DNA from: Lepidodermella squamata
Lineage: Eukaryota > Animalia > Gastrotricha
Direction: 5' to 3'
DNA: 64,000 nt
Assembly (NCBI GenBank): GCA_047495785.1
Contig: JBLDXI010000009.1
Coordinates: 558,001-622,000, forward strand
Positions 63,301 to 64,000 of the stretch are shown here, in pieces (the first letter of the stretch is position 1; each line of letters begins with the position of its first letter). The notes under the pieces were generated by a model. It did not search any database and was not told the DNA's origin. It worked only from the letters and a program-made list of their open reading frames with translations. The position numbers were made by a program, and so were the translations under genes.

Positions 63301-63821
63301 GAGACCTCATAAATGCATCATCTCACTGATTATGGTGATATATAAAACTGTGGTAGTTTGATTATTTGAACTCTGGTGAAAGCTCCTAAACTTATTCTTC
63401 CAAGTTAAATACTATAAAAAAATGGTGAATTTCTCAGCTTATTGGCATATAAATTCGGTGAACGCACTATTTTTTAGCCTCACTGCTTGGTTCAATGTGG
63501 GCGAACCCCGCATATAATTTCTATTCAACAACTCCAAAGCAATCAAATCGGTTATACCTGTCATTTTGCTATGGTTTCCAGCTTGCTTCAGAATTATTAC
63601 CTATTCGAGTGCAGAAAATAAAAAGAGCAGTTTGAACCGTGTTTGTTTTTATTTTGTCACGATAGTTGACTGGATGACAGTTTCCTCCGCGAGTACTCTT
63701 TCACAATCAATAAAAATTAAATCCGATGAGATGTTGCTAGTGTCTATAAATATAATTATTTCATCCCGAAATTTCAGAGAAAGGAGCAATTTCATTAGTG
63801 AGTCTGAAGAAATCAGTAATT

Positions 63822-63998
63822 TTAGTCGGGGTTGCCCTTGCCCCACAAGCCCGTGTAAGGCGGCGGAAGTGGCGGGGCCTTGGAAGCGTTGTCTTCTTGA
63901 GCAGAGGACTCCAGGGAATCTACCGTGTGCACCTGCGTCGCGTCTTGCCGCCGCAAATGCATGAGCGAGCGCGCCTGGCCACGAGACGACCGCGGGGG
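63822..63998 (-). CDS. Partial last exon of an unknown gene ending in a PPxY motif
   Basis: GC-rich open frame from the window edge: ...DSLESSAQEDNASKAPPLPPPYTGLWGKGNPD*, followed by AT-rich sequence. Confidence 0.5.
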   Translation of the reverse strand, partial: PPRSSRGQARSLMHLRRQDATQVHTVDSLESSAQEDNASKAPPLPPPYTGLWGKGNPD

Positions 63999-64000
63999 TT

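Overview
Eukaryotic (metazoan, invertebrate-type) genomic DNA from a compact genome: GT-AG introns mostly ~45-70 nt, ~17 protein-coding genes, and no prokaryotic features, CRISPR arrays, rRNA or tRNA that I could see. Gene order: DNTTIP1-like(-), RPL8 pseudogene fragment(-), three tandem syntaxin-1-family genes(-), a Penelope-like remnant with a minimal hammerhead motif(+), CAMK4(-), RMND1(-), LRRC45(-), ANKRD13(-), TMEM132(+), a CNBD-type cNMP-binding protein(-), an LDLa-repeat protein(+), slingshot phosphatase(-), TMEM230(-), POLR2K(-), HNRNPK(-), CCDC74(-), MTRR(+), CHFR(+) and a partial 3' exon at the edge. The most notable system is the syntaxin locus (11.0-19.1 kb). One syntaxin-1 gene has two pairs of equal-length duplicated exons (109/109 nt in the Hc helix; 111/111 nt in the SNARE C-half) and three alternative membrane-anchor exons, giving up to 12 isoforms. 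One of those anchors and both neighbouring paralogs carry extracellular/luminal Ser/Thr-rich or N-glycosylatable tails, and one paralog lacks the zero-layer Gln. Second, 130-300 nt spacers between co-oriented genes, with unpaired 3' splice acceptors just before start codons, suggest operons resolved by spliced-leader trans-splicing. All gene models were built by hand from splice signals and remembered family motifs; no searches were run.
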